A stretch of DNA of 64,000 nucleotides from Dictyostelium discoideum. Taxonomy: Eukaryota. Below, piece after piece: positions 22,601 to 36,800 of this stretch (the stretch's first letter is position 1; every line of letters begins with the position of its first letter). The notes beneath the pieces were generated by a model. That model saw only the letters and a list, made by a program, of their open reading frames with translations, was not told the origin of the DNA and ran no database searches. Both the position numbers and the translations under genes were made by a program. The stretch spans positions 512,001 to 576,000 of the forward strand of contig CM000151.3 of assembly GCA_000004695.1 (NCBI GenBank), in the 5' to 3' direction.

Positions 22601-25600
22601 ATAGTAATGTTATCAGATGGTTCAGTTTTATATGAAATTCAAGAAGTTATTTTTAAATCATTAATTCCAATCAAACATTCACTTAAAATTGAGTATCCAA
22701 ATGATGAATTATACAAAGTTCATTTACAATCAAAAGATTCTCAAATTCCAACGCCATCATCATTCAAATCAATTATTTATGAAAATGATTTCTTCCATTC
22801 TGCACTTAATATTCCAGAAGATTTATTCAAATATATTTCAACATTATTTTATAAAGATATTATAAAAAGATGTCCAGAAATTAATATCAATAAAATTAAT
22901 TCTCATAGTGTTAATGAAATTATTTCAAGTTTCAGTAAAATTTCAAAAAATCAAAGATTATTTAGATTTGTATTTGAAACAATAAAAGAGAATGGTATTC
23001 TTAATAGTTTGGAAGAAAATGATGATGCTTATTTCGAATTTAATGAATTAGTTATTAAATCATCAAAAATTATTTCAAAATTATTATTCCCACTAGAAAG
23101 TGATAATGATAATGAAGATTTACCTCAATCATTATTTCAAAATGGTTTAATGGATAAAATTTATAAATGCAGTTATTTAAGAAAGAAGTATCAAATGATT
23201 TCACATGTCATTATACATTCAATTAAAGAGATTATTAATAATAATATTATAATTAGAATTTTAGAATTTGGAGGAGGCACTGCGTCATTATCAGTTGAAG
23301 TTATTGGAGAAATCGTTGCATTACTTCAAGAGAATCCAAATTATCAAGTTGAAATCGAATATACATGGAGTGATATTTCACCTGCATTCATAGCAGATGC
23401 AAAGAATAAAATCAATAAAATCATTAATGATGCTGCTATAACAAATGGATTAAATGTTATTTATCGTTCATTAACAATCGATGAATCATTGCTTGAAAAT
23501 CAAGCAATTAAACCATCATATTATGATTTCGTTATAATGTCAAATGTTCTTCATGTTGTTAAAAATATTAAACAAGCTGTAGAACAAATGTATCAATTGT
23601 TAACACCGAATGGTCAATTGCTATTTATAGAACCACCTTATAAATCAGTTCTAATCGATTCAATCATTGGTTCATTTGAACAATGGTGGTCATTCACTGA
23701 TACTGATATTAGAAAAGATAGATGTGGTATGTCTCAACAAAGTTGGTATCAATTATTAAAGACATGTAATTTTAAAGACATTTTAATGTCAAAAGAATGC
23801 ATCTTTGTTGGGTCAGTAATACATGCACAAAAACCACCAATTTCTTTATTGAATTCTCAACCAAAACATGATAATATAATTATATATGGTGGTGGTGGTA
23901 ATTTAAGTTTTGTAGAAAACATCAAATTAGATTCAAATTCAAAAAGTTTAATTCAAATTGAAACTATTCAAGAATTTAATCAATTATTAAGTCAATCAAC
24001 AATTACAAATGATTCAATAATTTATTTCATAAAAACATTAGAAACATTATCATTGGATAATTATAAACAAATAACTCTTGAATATATTGAAATCAATCAA
24101 AGACTATTACAAATCAATAGTTTATGTAAACATGTATTAATTGTTAGTGATTCAAGAAAAACTAACTATTTAGCATCATCAGTTGTTGGTGCTGCAAGAT
24201 ACTTTGATGAATTCCAACAATTGAAATTACACACATTAGATTTTGATTATGATTCAACTCAAAATTATATAAATTCAAAAAATAACAAAATGGTTCAATT
24301 CATTAATATCTTGGTGGACTCCAAAACAAATGTTCATAAAGAAATGATTATAATTAATAACAAAGTATATTATGAAATAGTTCAAAAAGAGAAAAATCTA
24401 AAACTAAAATACAATTCAGAATCTTTTGAAAATCAAAATAATTTAATGTGTTCATTATCACCAAATTTAGAATATCAATTACAATCAAAACAAATTAAAT
24501 TAAGAGATAATCAAGTTGAAGTTAAAACAATTGCAACTGGTATCAATTATAAAGATTATTTAAATTTTAGCGGTTCAAATAATAATAATGGTGATGACAA
24601 TACAGGTTTACCACAATTTGGATATGAATTTTCAGGTATTATAACAAGAGTTGGTAATAATGTAAAAGATTATAAAGTTGGTGATAATGTATTTGGTTTA
24701 TCAAATTCTTGTACATCATCCCACATTGTTACAAATTTTAAAAATATTCAATTAAAACCTTCAAACATAAGTCATAACGAAGCATCATCAATTCCAATTG
24801 ATTATTTAACATCATTTATGAGTTTATTTAATGTTGGTAGTTTAAATATTGAAGATAATGAATCAATTCTAATTCATTTAGGTAGTGATAGTTTTGGATT
24901 ATCAACATTTGAAATATTAAAATGGAAAGGTTTTAAATCAAATTTATTCGTTACAGTTGATTTGGACGAAACTAAACAATATCTTCTAGATAGATATGGT
25001 GATTTTATTACTGGAATTTATTCAAACACAGATAAAAGTTATGTTACAGAAATAAAAAACGAATTAATTAAATTAGGTTCAAAAAAGAAAGGAGTAGATT
25101 TAATATTAAATACATTACCAAGTGATTTTATGGATTCAAATTTCGAGTTATTAACAAAGAGTGGTAGAATAATTGATTTAACTTCAAATCATTTAAATCA
25201 AAGTGAATTTTTAAAAAATATCAATTTTAAATATAACCATGGTTACCACAACTTTCAGTTATCATTAATTCAAAAAAATAAAATACAAAAATGTTTATAT
25301 GAAATTTCACATGCTATTGAAAATGGAGAATTAAAAACTATTCCAATTAAAGAATTTACAAATTTAAATATTAAAGATGCCATCAAATACATTACCAACG
25401 GTAACATTGAAAAAATTACAGTTAGTCATGATCATGAAATTTATAGTGATATTATTTATAGATCTTTAGATGAAAAAGAGTTTTCAATATTAAAATCAAA
25501 TTATCAAATTAATTCAAATAATTTAGGTAAAAACATATTAATTACAGGTCAATCAGGTATTATTTTAGAAATATTAAAATGGATCATTAAATATTCAAAT

Positions 25601-26599
25601 ATTAACACAATTGAAAATGTTATTATTCTTTCAAGATCATCATTAAAATGGGAATTAGAATTATTAATTAATCAAACTAAACTATCAAATAATAATATTA
25701 AATTTCATTTCAAGAGTGTTGATGTCGGTGATAGTGAACAAGTTGATAATGCAATCAATGAAATATTAAATGAAAATCAACAAATTACAAATATTGATTC
25801 AATATACCATTTTGCATTTCAACAAATTACATGTAAAGTTCAAGAAATCAATATGAAACATTTAGATATTTCACATGGAGCAAAATCAATGGGTGCAGTT
25901 AATTTACATAATCAATCAATTAAACGTAATTGGAAATTAATTAATTTTGTTATGGCTTCTTCTGCACTTTCATTAATAGGTTCAACAGATCAATGTACAT
26001 ATGCCTGTGCAAACCTATTATTAGATTCATTTTCAAAATACAGAGAATCACTTGGATTACCATCTGCTTGTATTAACCTTGGGTCAATTGAATCAACTGG
26101 TTTCGTTTCAAAGAATGAATCAATTTCAGAATTTACAGATGGCATTGGTTACGTTCCAACACCTATCAATCTAGTTTTAGGTCTTTTAGATTTACAAATT
26201 CAAAATGCAGGTAAATTTACGAATTCAATGCTTTCAAATTTAATATCATCAAAATTTAAAAATATTCAACAAACATCATTATTTCTAAAATTTGATTACT
26301 TGATGAATTTAAATGACAACAGTGAACAAACTAAAAAAGAGAATATTGGAAATAAAAACATTGATGAATTATTCATTGAGAAAGTTTCAGAATTATTTTC
26401 AACGGATCAATCAAGAATAAATAAAAATCTTAGATTAATTGATTATGGCGCAGATTCATTAATAATAGTTCAATTAAAGAATTGGATAGATAAAGAAATT
26501 GGTATAAATTTAATAACAATTAAACAACTTCAAAACAATACAATTAATATTTCAATCAAAATGATATTAAATTCATTAATGAAAAATAATCAAATATAG
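19692..26599 (+). CDS. PKS paralog 3, exon 2: KS(C-term)-AT-DH-cMT-ER-KR-ACP; stops 3 codons into the linker that precedes the reductase domain in the full-length paralogs ('...MKNNQI*')
   Basis: Same motif set as paralog 2. A premature TAG sits at the position where the paralog at 29447 continues 'NIDDNNKDLPSNRIDYW...' into the R domain. Confidence 0.85.
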
Positions 26600-26700
26600 A
26601 TGACAATAATAATACATACAATAGATATTAACCCAATGAAAATCAAAACATTACTAGAATTATCAACAGATAATGGGTGATCTTGAAATTTTTTATTTAA
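26600..26700 (+). pseudogene. Remnant of the 3' end of a deleted thioester-reductase (R) domain directly downstream of the PKS paralog 3 stop
   Basis: 'acaatagatattaacccaatgaaaatcaaaacattactagaattatcaacagataatgggtgatcttgaaatt' aligns to the last ~90 nt of the R-domain coding sequence of the paralog at 38160..38250 ('aatagatataaacccaatgaaaatcaaagca...cattactagaatcaatgggctcatacaacactgatcttgaaatcac'). Confidence 0.7.
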
Positions 26701-26970
26701 ATAAGATTCAAATTTTACTTTGCGTTTTTTTTATTTAATATTTTTAGATTTGGGTAGTTTTGGACATTATAAAATAAAAAATCTAAATCTAAATAAAATA
26801 AAAAATACAAATCTAAATTATTCTTTTTTATAAAAAAAAAAAAAAAAAAAAAAGTCAAATCAACATAAAAACATCTTCAGACATTATTTTTAAAATTGAA
26901 TTTATAAAAAAAATTTTATTTATAAAAATAAAATTTTTTCTCAATTAATATAGATATTTCAAAACTAAAT

Positions 26971-28450
26971 TATGAATAATTTTAAAAAATATAAATTTAA
27001 TAGATAAAGGTGTTGCAATTGTTGGGGTGGGGTTCAGAATTCCTTCTGGTAATTATGAAAATTCAATTAGTTCACCAGATTATTAAATTTAATAATTTAA
27101 AGAATGGTTTTGATGGTGTTAGTAGTACATCAGAAAGATGGAGTGACAATTTTCATAAATTAGGTGAAATTAGTAGTCCAAATGCAGGTTTATTACCATT
27201 TAATGAATGCAAATCATTCGATCCATTATTTTTTGGTATTAATCCATCCGATGCTCATCAGATTGATCCTCAACAAAGATTATTATTAAAATGTACATGG
27301 GAAGTATTAGAAGATGCATCTATTGATCCAATTTCAATTCGTGGTACAAATACTTCAGTTTTCATTGGTTCTTCAACTATCGATTATCAACTGTTTCGAT
27401 TTTAATGGTCCATCATTTTCAATGCATGTTCATCATCATTAAATGTTGTTTAATGTTTAAATATCAATGCTTTTTACCAAATATTCATTTCAAAAATCCA
27501 AATCCATTAATTAAATTCAATGAATGGAATTTAAAAGTTGTAACATCACCAATTCCATTCAACAAAAGAAATAATGAATTACCAGTTTCAATGATGATTA
27601 ATAACTTTGGTTTAACAGGTTCAAATTGTTGTTTACTTTTAACAGAATATAAAAAACAAGATTATGAATCATATGAAACTATCTACAAAAATGATAATAG
27701 TAAAAATATATTAATACCATTTTCAGCAAATTCAACAAATTCATTAAATCAATACCAATCAAAATTTAAAAATATAAATAATAATCAATTCAATTTTATT
27801 GATTTTACCGCAAATCAAATTTATTCAAAATCAAATTATCTTTATCAAAGATCGGTTGTAATCGCAAGTAATTCAAATGAACTTTTTGAAAAAATTTTAA
27901 ATAAAAAACAAATTCGAAATAAAAATTCAATCATCTCAAATATGTCATTCAAAGGAAAGAATCCAATTACAATTTTTGTTTTTTCAGGTCAAGGATCACA
28001 ATATCCTAAAATGGCTTTAGAATTATATAATAATGAAGTAATCTTTAAAAAATCAATTGATTTAATCGATTCAAAATTATCAAAGTACTATGGTTATTCA
28101 GTATGGGAGAAGGTAAAAAAAATCAAAGATTATGATACTACTTCCATTCATGATCCAACTATTGTACAACCAGCAGTGTGTATGTTTTCAGTATCATTAT
28201 TTGAATTGTATTGCCATTGGGGAGTAAATCCATCATTTATTCTTGGTCATAGTATTGGTGAAATTTCAACATTATATTGTTCTGGAATAATCGATTTAGA
28301 TACATTTTATCACAGATCAATAGCACAAACTAAAACACACTGTAATGGTGGGCATCCACTGATATTGATATTAGGAAAAATAGATGTAGTATGTCTCAAC
28401 AAAGTTGGTATCAATTATTAAATAACAGTAATTATAAAGACATTGCAATG
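26971..28450 (+). pseudogene. Decayed PKS copy: KS N-terminal fragment and AT-domain fragment joined to a short cMT-region fragment, with internal deletions, frameshifts and an in-frame stop
   Basis: Begins 'atgaataattttaaaaaatataaatttaatagataaagg' like the intact genes. 'gattattaa' introduces a stop at ~27083. The KS C-terminal half is missing (27390-27440 jumps from '[10 protein letters not shown]' to 'IKCCLMFKYQCF'). The AT region is intact until 28335, then fuses to 'actgatattgatattagg...tgtagtatgtctcaacaaagttggtatcaattattaaa', which in intact paralogs lies ~2.7 kb further 3' (cMT region), and sequence similarity ends ~28450. Confidence 0.8.
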
Positions 28451-29098
28451 TGCATGCTAAAATTAAAAAGATTCCTTTATTGTATCCAAAAAATAAAAGT
28501 GAAAAAAAAAAAAAAAAGAATGGTTTAAAAAAAAAAAAAAAAGGGTTAAAAATATAATAAATTAATTTTTAATAAATGTTGAGAGAAAGTATTTAAATTT
28601 TTTTTTTATTTTATTTTTTATTTTTTTTTTTTTTCCTATTCTCTGGGATTATAATCTGAAAAAGGGTTTTTTTTTTTTAAACAAATATGGGCTTACTAAT
28701 AATTTAAATTGGTAAAAAAAAACAGAAAGGATGATATATACAAAAAAAAAAATATTTTTTGTCCTTGAATATAATTTTTTCAAATATTATATCATTGTTG
28801 TTTTATAATTAATTTGAATTTGTATAATTTTATGAATTTTATCTGGTGTGAATCTGCAAAAAATTTTATATTTTTTTTTATTTTTTTATCTGGTGGAAAT
28901 CTACAAAAAAAACAACAATAAATCTATAGATTTAAAAAATTAAAAAATCGTCATTATTTTTTTTTTTGGTATGGCTTTCTCTAAACGAATCCCCACGAAA
29001 AAAAATTATAAACTTCTAATTTTCTAAGGCCACAGTGCTGCACAAAATTACTTTTCACTTTATAGTGCTGAAATTTTTACATCCAACCCCCAAAATTT

Positions 29099-29135
<37 letters not shown>

Positions 29136-29224
29136 CATATGTACAAAAAAATAAATAAAAATAAATAATTTAACAACAAAATGAACACAAAAACAAAATA
29201 CATTTCTTCAAGTATTATTTTTAA

Positions 29225-29345
29225 AATAAATCAAATGTGCTGTTAGTTAATCTCCTGAATAAAAATTTTTTATAAATTTTACCACATAAAGCCTTTAAAA
29301 AAAGTTTGTGTTTAATAATTTTAATTAATAAAATCATGTAAATAA
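29225..29345 (+). promoter_or_regulatory. Conserved PKS upstream block (putative promoter of PKS paralog 4)
   Basis: 'taatctcctgaataaaaa...aaattttaccacataaagcctttaaaaaaagtttgtgtttaataattttaattaata' shares the atctcct / tttaccaca / aaaaaaagt / ttaataatt(c/t)taattaata elements with the other paralogs. Confidence 0.3.
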
Positions 29346-29446
29346 TGAAAGTTTTTTAAAAAAAATATAAATTTAAAACAACAATATTTAATTTTAATAA
29401 AAAATTTTCTTCACTAATTTTGATATTTCAAAACTACTAAATACCT

Positions 29447-30083
29447 ATGGGTAATTTAAAAAATATAAATTTAAAAGAGAAAGGAGTTGCAATTGTTGGT
29501 ATTGGATTTAGAATTCCTTCTGGTAATAATGAAAATTCAATTAGTTCACCAGATGATTTATTTAATAATTTAAAGAATGGTTTTGATGGTGTTAGTAGTA
29601 CATCAGAAAGATGGAGTGACAATTTTCATAAATTAGGTGAAATTAGTAGTCCAAATGCAGGTTTATTACCATTTAAAGAATGGAAATCATTCGACCCATT
29701 ATTTTTTGGTATTAATCCATCTGAAGCTCCATTAATCGATCCTCAACAAAGATTATTATTAAAATGTACATGGGAAGCATTAGAAGATGCATCTATTGAT
29801 CCAATTTCAATTCGTGGTACAAATACTTCAGTTTTCATTGGTTCTTCAACTATTGATTATTTACATACAAATAAACATCAAGACTCAGTTTTAAAGAATG
29901 CAATAGCACAATCAACCAGTGCGATTTCAAATAGAATTTCATACTGTTTCGATTTTAATGGTCCATCACTATCAATTGATACTGCATGTTCATCATCATT
30001 AAATGCAGTTTCTCAAGGTTATCATTCAATATTAAATGGTACTTCCAATATGTCAATTGTTGGTGGTGTAAATTTAATATTAG
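29447..30083 (+). CDS. PKS paralog 4 (full-length copy), exon 1 (KS N-terminal half)
   Basis: ATG 29447 '[28 protein letters not shown]...[15 protein letters not shown]...VGGVNLILG' followed by a GTAAGG donor at 30084. Confidence 0.85.
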
Positions 30084-30830
30084 GTAAGGATTATTATTTT
30101 TTTTTTAAAATTAAAAATACACTTATTAATTAAAATTTATTTTTATTAGATGTTGATATTATAAAAGCATATTCGATTTTAAGCATGTTAAGTAAAACAC
30201 ATGGTAAATGTAAAACATTTGATGAAAGTGGCGATGGTTTTACACGTGGTGAATGTGTCGGTGTTGTAGTTTTAAAGAATTTACAAGATGCAGTAAAAGA
30301 TGGTAATAGAATTTATTGTGTAATTAATGGTTCAAGTTCAAATGTTGATGGTAATGGTAATATGGATAAAGTTAACTTTTATTCACCATCAAAACAATCA
30401 CAATTTAATAATATTAATTCAGCATTTAAGTCAACAAATGACAAACTCTCGATTAATGATATTCAATATATCGAAGCACATGGTACCGGTACTAAAACAG
30501 GCGATCCAATTGAAACTGAAGCAATTTCAATGGCTTTTAAAAATAGAGATAAATCAACACCAATTCTAATTGGTTCAATTAAAAGTAATATTGGTCATTG
30601 TGAAGCTGGTTCAGGTGTTGCATCATTAATCAAATGTTGTTTAATGTTTAAATATCAATGCTTTTTACCAAATATTCATTTCAAAAATCCAAATCCATTA
30701 ATTAAATTCAATGAATGGAATTTAAAAGTTGTAACCTCACCAATTCCATTCAACAAAAGAAATAATGAAAAACCAGTTTCAATGATGATTAATAACTTTG
30801 GTGTAACAGGTTCAAATTGTTGTTTACTTA
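29468..30830 (+). other. Domain: ketosynthase (KS), spans intron 1
   Basis: Cys '[10 protein letters not shown]' in exon 1; His motifs 'EAHGTGTKTGDP' and 'NIGHCEAGSG' in exon 2. Confidence 0.8.
30084..30149 (+). other. Intron 1 of PKS paralog 4 (66 bp, phase 1)
   Basis: GTAAGG...TTATTAG; splicing gives '...LILG|DVDIIKAYSILSMLSKTHGKCKTFD'. Confidence 0.8.
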
Positions 30831-33800
30831 TTTCAGAATTTAAAAATAACAATAACTTTAAAGAGAATATTAATTTAGAATCTCAAAGTGTTAATGATAG
30901 AGTGTTAATACCATTCTCAGCAAATTCATCAAATTCATTAAATCAATACCAATCAAAATTTAAAAATATAATTAATAATCAATTCAATTTTATTGATTTT
31001 ACCGCAAATCAAATTTATTCAAAATCAAATTTTCTTTATCAAAGATCAGTTGTAATTGCAAGTAATTCAAATGAACTTTTTGAAAATATCTCAAATAAAA
31101 AACAAATTCAAACTAAAAATTCAATCATCTCAAATATGTCATTCAAAGGAAAGAACCCAATTACAATTTTTGTTTTTTCAGGTCAAGGATCACAATATCC
31201 TAAAATGGCTTTAGAATTATATAATAATGAAGTAATCTTTAAAAAGTCAATTGATTTAATCGATTCAAAATTATCAAAGTACTATGGTTTTTCAGTATGG
31301 GAGAAGGTAAAAACAATCAAAGATGATGACTTAACCTCAATACATGATCCAATTTTTGCCCAACCAGCACTATGTATGATTTCAGTATCACTATTTGAAT
31401 TATATTACCATTGGGGAGTAAATCCATCATTTATTCTTGGTCATAGTCTTGGTGAAATTTCAGCATCATATTGTTCTGGAATGATTGATTTAGATACATT
31501 CTGTTATACAGTTTATCAAAGATCAATAGCACAATCTAAAACAAATGGTTGTGGTAGAATGTTATCAATTAATATCAGTGATGAAGAATTTAAATCAATG
31601 TATTCTCAAAAGTATCCACAAATTGAAATCGCATGTTATAATTCACCTCAATCAATTGTTGTGGCAGGTAATGAATCAATATTAAATGAAATTTCAAAAG
31701 AATTAAAAGAAAAAGAAATTTTCACCACAATGTTAGGTTCATTATCATCATTCCATACAAGTAGCCAACAATGTACAAAAGATAGTATATTACAACTAAA
31801 CATTGAAAGTAATCAACCAAAAGTACCAATATTTTCAACAGTTACAACAAATTTATTTAATGAATCAAATCGATTTAATTCACAATATGTTTATGATAAT
31901 ATTATCAAACCAGTTAAATTCACACAAACAATTTCAAATATTTATAAACATATCGAATCAAATCAATTAAATAATGAAATTGTATTCATTGAAATTGCAC
32001 CACATCCAACATTATTATTTTATATTAAACAAATGGTACCATCAAGTTTAAATGAATCAGTTTCAGTTTATTCAGCACTTCATAAGAAAAAGAATGATGT
32101 CGAAGAGTTTCAACAAACCATTTCAAATTTATATTGTCAAAATGGATATAATATTAATTTTAAATGTCAATTTAATAATAAAAAATCAAATCAATCAATA
32201 AATTTACCACTTTACCAATGGGATGAAGAATTATATTTCACTCAAGCCCAAACTCTCGAACAACATAGAAAAGAAGGACCACCAATTGACCATCTTGGTA
32301 CATCAAACTCTTATAATTCACCATTTAATAATTCATATAGAACATCAATCGATATAAAGAATAAACCATTTCTATATCTTAAAGGCCATATGGTTAAAGG
32401 TAAATACTACTTCCCAGGTTGTGGTTATATTGATAATATTATTCAACTTTATAAAAATCAAGATATTTTTATTAGTTTTATTGAATTTAAAACACCATTA
32501 ATTTTAATTGAAGGTATCAATCAATATTTACAAACAAACATTCAACAAACTGGTAAAAGTGAATATCGTGCACAATTTCATTTCAAAGATCAAAAATCAA
32601 ATGAATGGATTCAATCATCAAATGCAAATTTCCAATTATTAGATCATGGTAATGATATACCACCAAAGTATAATATTAAAGAAATTATTGAAAACAAATG
32701 TAATTTAAGCAAATTAACAAAGAATGAACTTTATACACATATAAAATCAAAAACTGGTTTAAATTATACTGGAGTTTTTCAAGGTGTTACTGAATGTTAT
32801 ATAGGTGGTGATTGTACATTATCAGTTGTATCTTTAGAATCTCAAACAAACTCATTTTTAAATATACCAATATTAGATACTTGTTTACATGGAATGATAG
32901 GATTGTCAAATGATCAATGTCAAATTGTATTTGATAAAGCTATTGGATTTAAATATTATTCATCAAACATACCAGCAAATTTAAAAGATTATAAAGATAG
33001 TGTTTATGTTTATTCCCATTTAAAATCAAAAAGTGTTGATTCATTCTTTGGATCTATAATAGTAATGTTATCAGATGGTTCAGTTTTATATGAAATTGAA
33101 GAAGTTGTTTGTAAATCATTAATTCCAATCAAAGATTCACTTAAAATTGAGTATCCTAATGATGAATTATACAAAGTTCATTTACAATCAAAAGATTCTC
33201 CAATTCCAACACCATCATCATTCAAATCAATTATTTATGAAAATGATTTCTTCCATTCTGCACTTAATATTCCAGAAGATTTATTCAAATATATTTCAAC
33301 ATTATTTTATAAAGATATTATAAAAAGATGTCCAGAAATTAATATCAATAAAATTAATTCTCATAGTGTTAATGAAATTATTTCAAGTTTCAGTAAAATT
33401 TCAAAACACGAAAGATTATTTAGATTTGTATTTGAAACAATAAAAGAGAATGGTATTCTTAATAGTTTGGAAGAAAATGATGATGCTTATTTCGAATTTA
33501 ATGAAGTAATTATCAAATCGTCAAGAATTATTTCAAAATTATTATTCCCACTAGAAAGTGATAATGATAATGAAGATTTACCTCAATCATTATTTCAAAA
33601 TGGTTTAATGGATAAAATTTATAAATGCAGATATTTAAGAAAGAAGAATCAAATGATTTCACATGTTATTAAACATTCAATTAAAGAGATTATTAATAAT
33701 AATATTATAATTAGAATTTTAGAATTTGGAGGAGGTACTGCATCATTATCAGTTGAAGTTATTGAAGAAATAATTGCATTACTTCAAGAGAATCCAAATT

Positions 33801-36800
33801 ATCAAGTTGAAATCGAATATACATGGAGTGATATTTCACCTGCATTCATAGCAGATGCAAAGAATAAAATCAATAAAATCATTAATGATGCTGCTATAAC
33901 AAATGGATTTAATGTTATTTATCGTCCATTAAAAATTGATGAATCATTGATAGAAACTCAATCAATTAATCCATCATATTATGATTTCGTTATAATGTCA
34001 AATGTTCTTCATGTTGTTAAAAATATTAAACAAGCTGTAGAACAAATGTATCAATTGTTGACTCCAAATGGTCAATTACTATTTTTAGAGCCACCTTATA
34101 AATCAGTTCTAAATGATTCAATAGTTGGTTCATTTGAACAATGGTGGTCATTCACTGATACTGATATTAGAAAAGATAGATGTAGTATGTCTCAACAAAG
34201 TTGGTGTCAATTATTAAAGACATGTAATTTTAAAGACATTGCAATGTCTAAAGAATGCATCTTTGTTGGTATTGTAATACATGCACAAAAACCACCAATT
34301 TCTTTATTGAATTCTCAACCAAAACGTGATAATATAATTATATATGGTGGTGGTAATCCAATTTTTGTAGAAAACATCAAATTATATTCAAATTCAAAAA
34401 GTTTAATTCAAATTGAAACTATTCAAGAATTTAATCAATTATTAAGTCAATCAACAATAACAAACGATTCAATCATTTATTTCATAAAAACATTAGAAAC
34501 ATTATCATTGGATAATTTTAAACAAATAACTCTTGAATATATTGAAATCAATCGAAAATTATTACAAATCAATAGTTTATGTAAACATGTATTAATTGTT
34601 AGTGATTCAAGAAAAACTAACTATTTAGCATCATCAGTTGTTGGTGCAGCAAGATACTTTGATGAATTCCAACAATTGAAACTAAATACTTTAGATTTTG
34701 ATTATGATTCAACTCAAAATTATATAAATTCAAATAATAAAGATATGGTTCAATTCATTAATATCTTGACAGATTCCAAAACAAATGTTCATAAAGAAAT
34801 GATTATAATTAATAATAAAGTATATTATGAAATAGTTCAAAAAGAGAAAAATCTAAAATTAAAATACAATTCAGAATCTTTTGAAAATCAAAATAATTTA
34901 ATGTGTTCATTATCACCAAATTTAGAATATCAATTACAATCAAAACAAATTAAATTAAGAGATAATCAAGTTGAAGTTAAAACAATTGCAACTGGTATCA
35001 ATTATAAAGATTATTTAAATTTTAGTGGTTCAAATAGCAACGGTGATGACAATACAGGTTTACCACAATTTGGATATGAATTTTCAGGTATTATAACAAG
35101 AGTTGGTAATAATGTAAAAGATTATAAAGTTGGTGATAATGTATTTGGTTTATCAAATTCTTGTACATCATCTCACATTGTTACAAATTATAAAAAAATT
35201 CAAATAAAACCTTCAAACCTAAGTCATAACGAAGCATCATCAATTCCAATTGATTATTTAACATCATTTATGAGTTTATTTAATATTGGTAGTTTAAATA
35301 TTGAAGATAATGAATCAATTTTAATTCATTTAGGTAGTGATGGTTTTGGATTATCAACATTTGAAATATTAAAATGGAAAGGTTTTAATTCAAATTTATT
35401 CGTTACAGTAAATTCATATGAAACTAAACGATATCTTCAAGATAATTACGGTGATTTTATTACTGGAATTTATTCAAACACAGATAAAAGTTATGTTACA
35501 GAAATAAATAAAAAATTAATTAAATTAGGTTCAAAAAAGAAAGGAGTAGATTTAATATTAAATACATTACCAAGTGATTTTATGGATTCAAATTTCAAGC
35601 TATTAGCAAAGTATGGTAGAATAATTGATTTAACGTCAAATCATTTAAATCAAAGTGAATTTTTAAAAAATATCAATTTTAAATATAATCATGGTTACCA
35701 TAACTTTGAGTTATCATTAATTCAAAAAAATAAAATTCACAAATGTTTATATGAAATTTCAAATGCTTTTGAAAATGGAGAATTAAAAACCATTCCAATT
35801 AAAGAATTTACAAATTTAAATATTAAAGATGCCATCAAATACATTACCAACAATAAAATTGAAAAAATTACAGTTAGTCATGATCATGAAATTTATAGTG
35901 ATATTATTTATAGATCTTTAGATGAAAAAGAGTTTTCAATATTAAAATCAAATTATCAAATTAATTCAAATAATTTAGGTAAAAACATATTAGTCACAGG
36001 TCAATCAGGTATTATTTTAGAAATATTAAAATGGATCATTAAATATTCAAATATTAATACAATTGAAAATGTTATTATTCTTTCAAGATCATCATTAAAA
36101 TGGGAATTAGAATTATTAATTAACGAAACTAAACTATCAAATAATAATATTAAATTTCATTTCAAGAGTGTTGATATCGGTGATAGTGAACAAGTTGATA
36201 ATGCAATCAATGAAATATTAAATGAAAACCAACAAATTACAAATATTGATTCAATATACCATTTTGCATTTCAACAAATTACATGTAAAGTTCAAGAAAT
36301 CAATATGAAACATTTAGATATTTCACATGGAGCAAAATCAATGGGAGCAATTAATTTACATAATCAATCAATTAAACGTAATTGGAAATTAATTAATTTT
36401 GTTATGGCTTCATCTGCAATTTCATTAATAGGTTCAACTGATTTATGTACATATGTTTGTGCAAATGCATTATTAGATTCATTTTCAAAATACAGAGAAT
36501 CACTTGGATTACCATCAACTTGCATTTGCCTTGGTGCAATTGAATCAACTGGTTTCGTTTCAAAGAATGAATCAGTTTCAGTATTTTTAGACGGTGGTGG
36601 TTTCCATCCAACACCAATCAATCAAGTTTTAGGCCTTTTAGATTTACAAATTCAAAATGCTGGTAAATTCACAAATTCAATGCTTTCAAATTTCAAACCC
36701 TCAAAATTTAAAAATAATCAACAAACATCATTATTTTTAAAATTTGATTACTTGATGAATTTAAAAAACAATAGCGAAGAAACCAAAATAGAGAATACTG

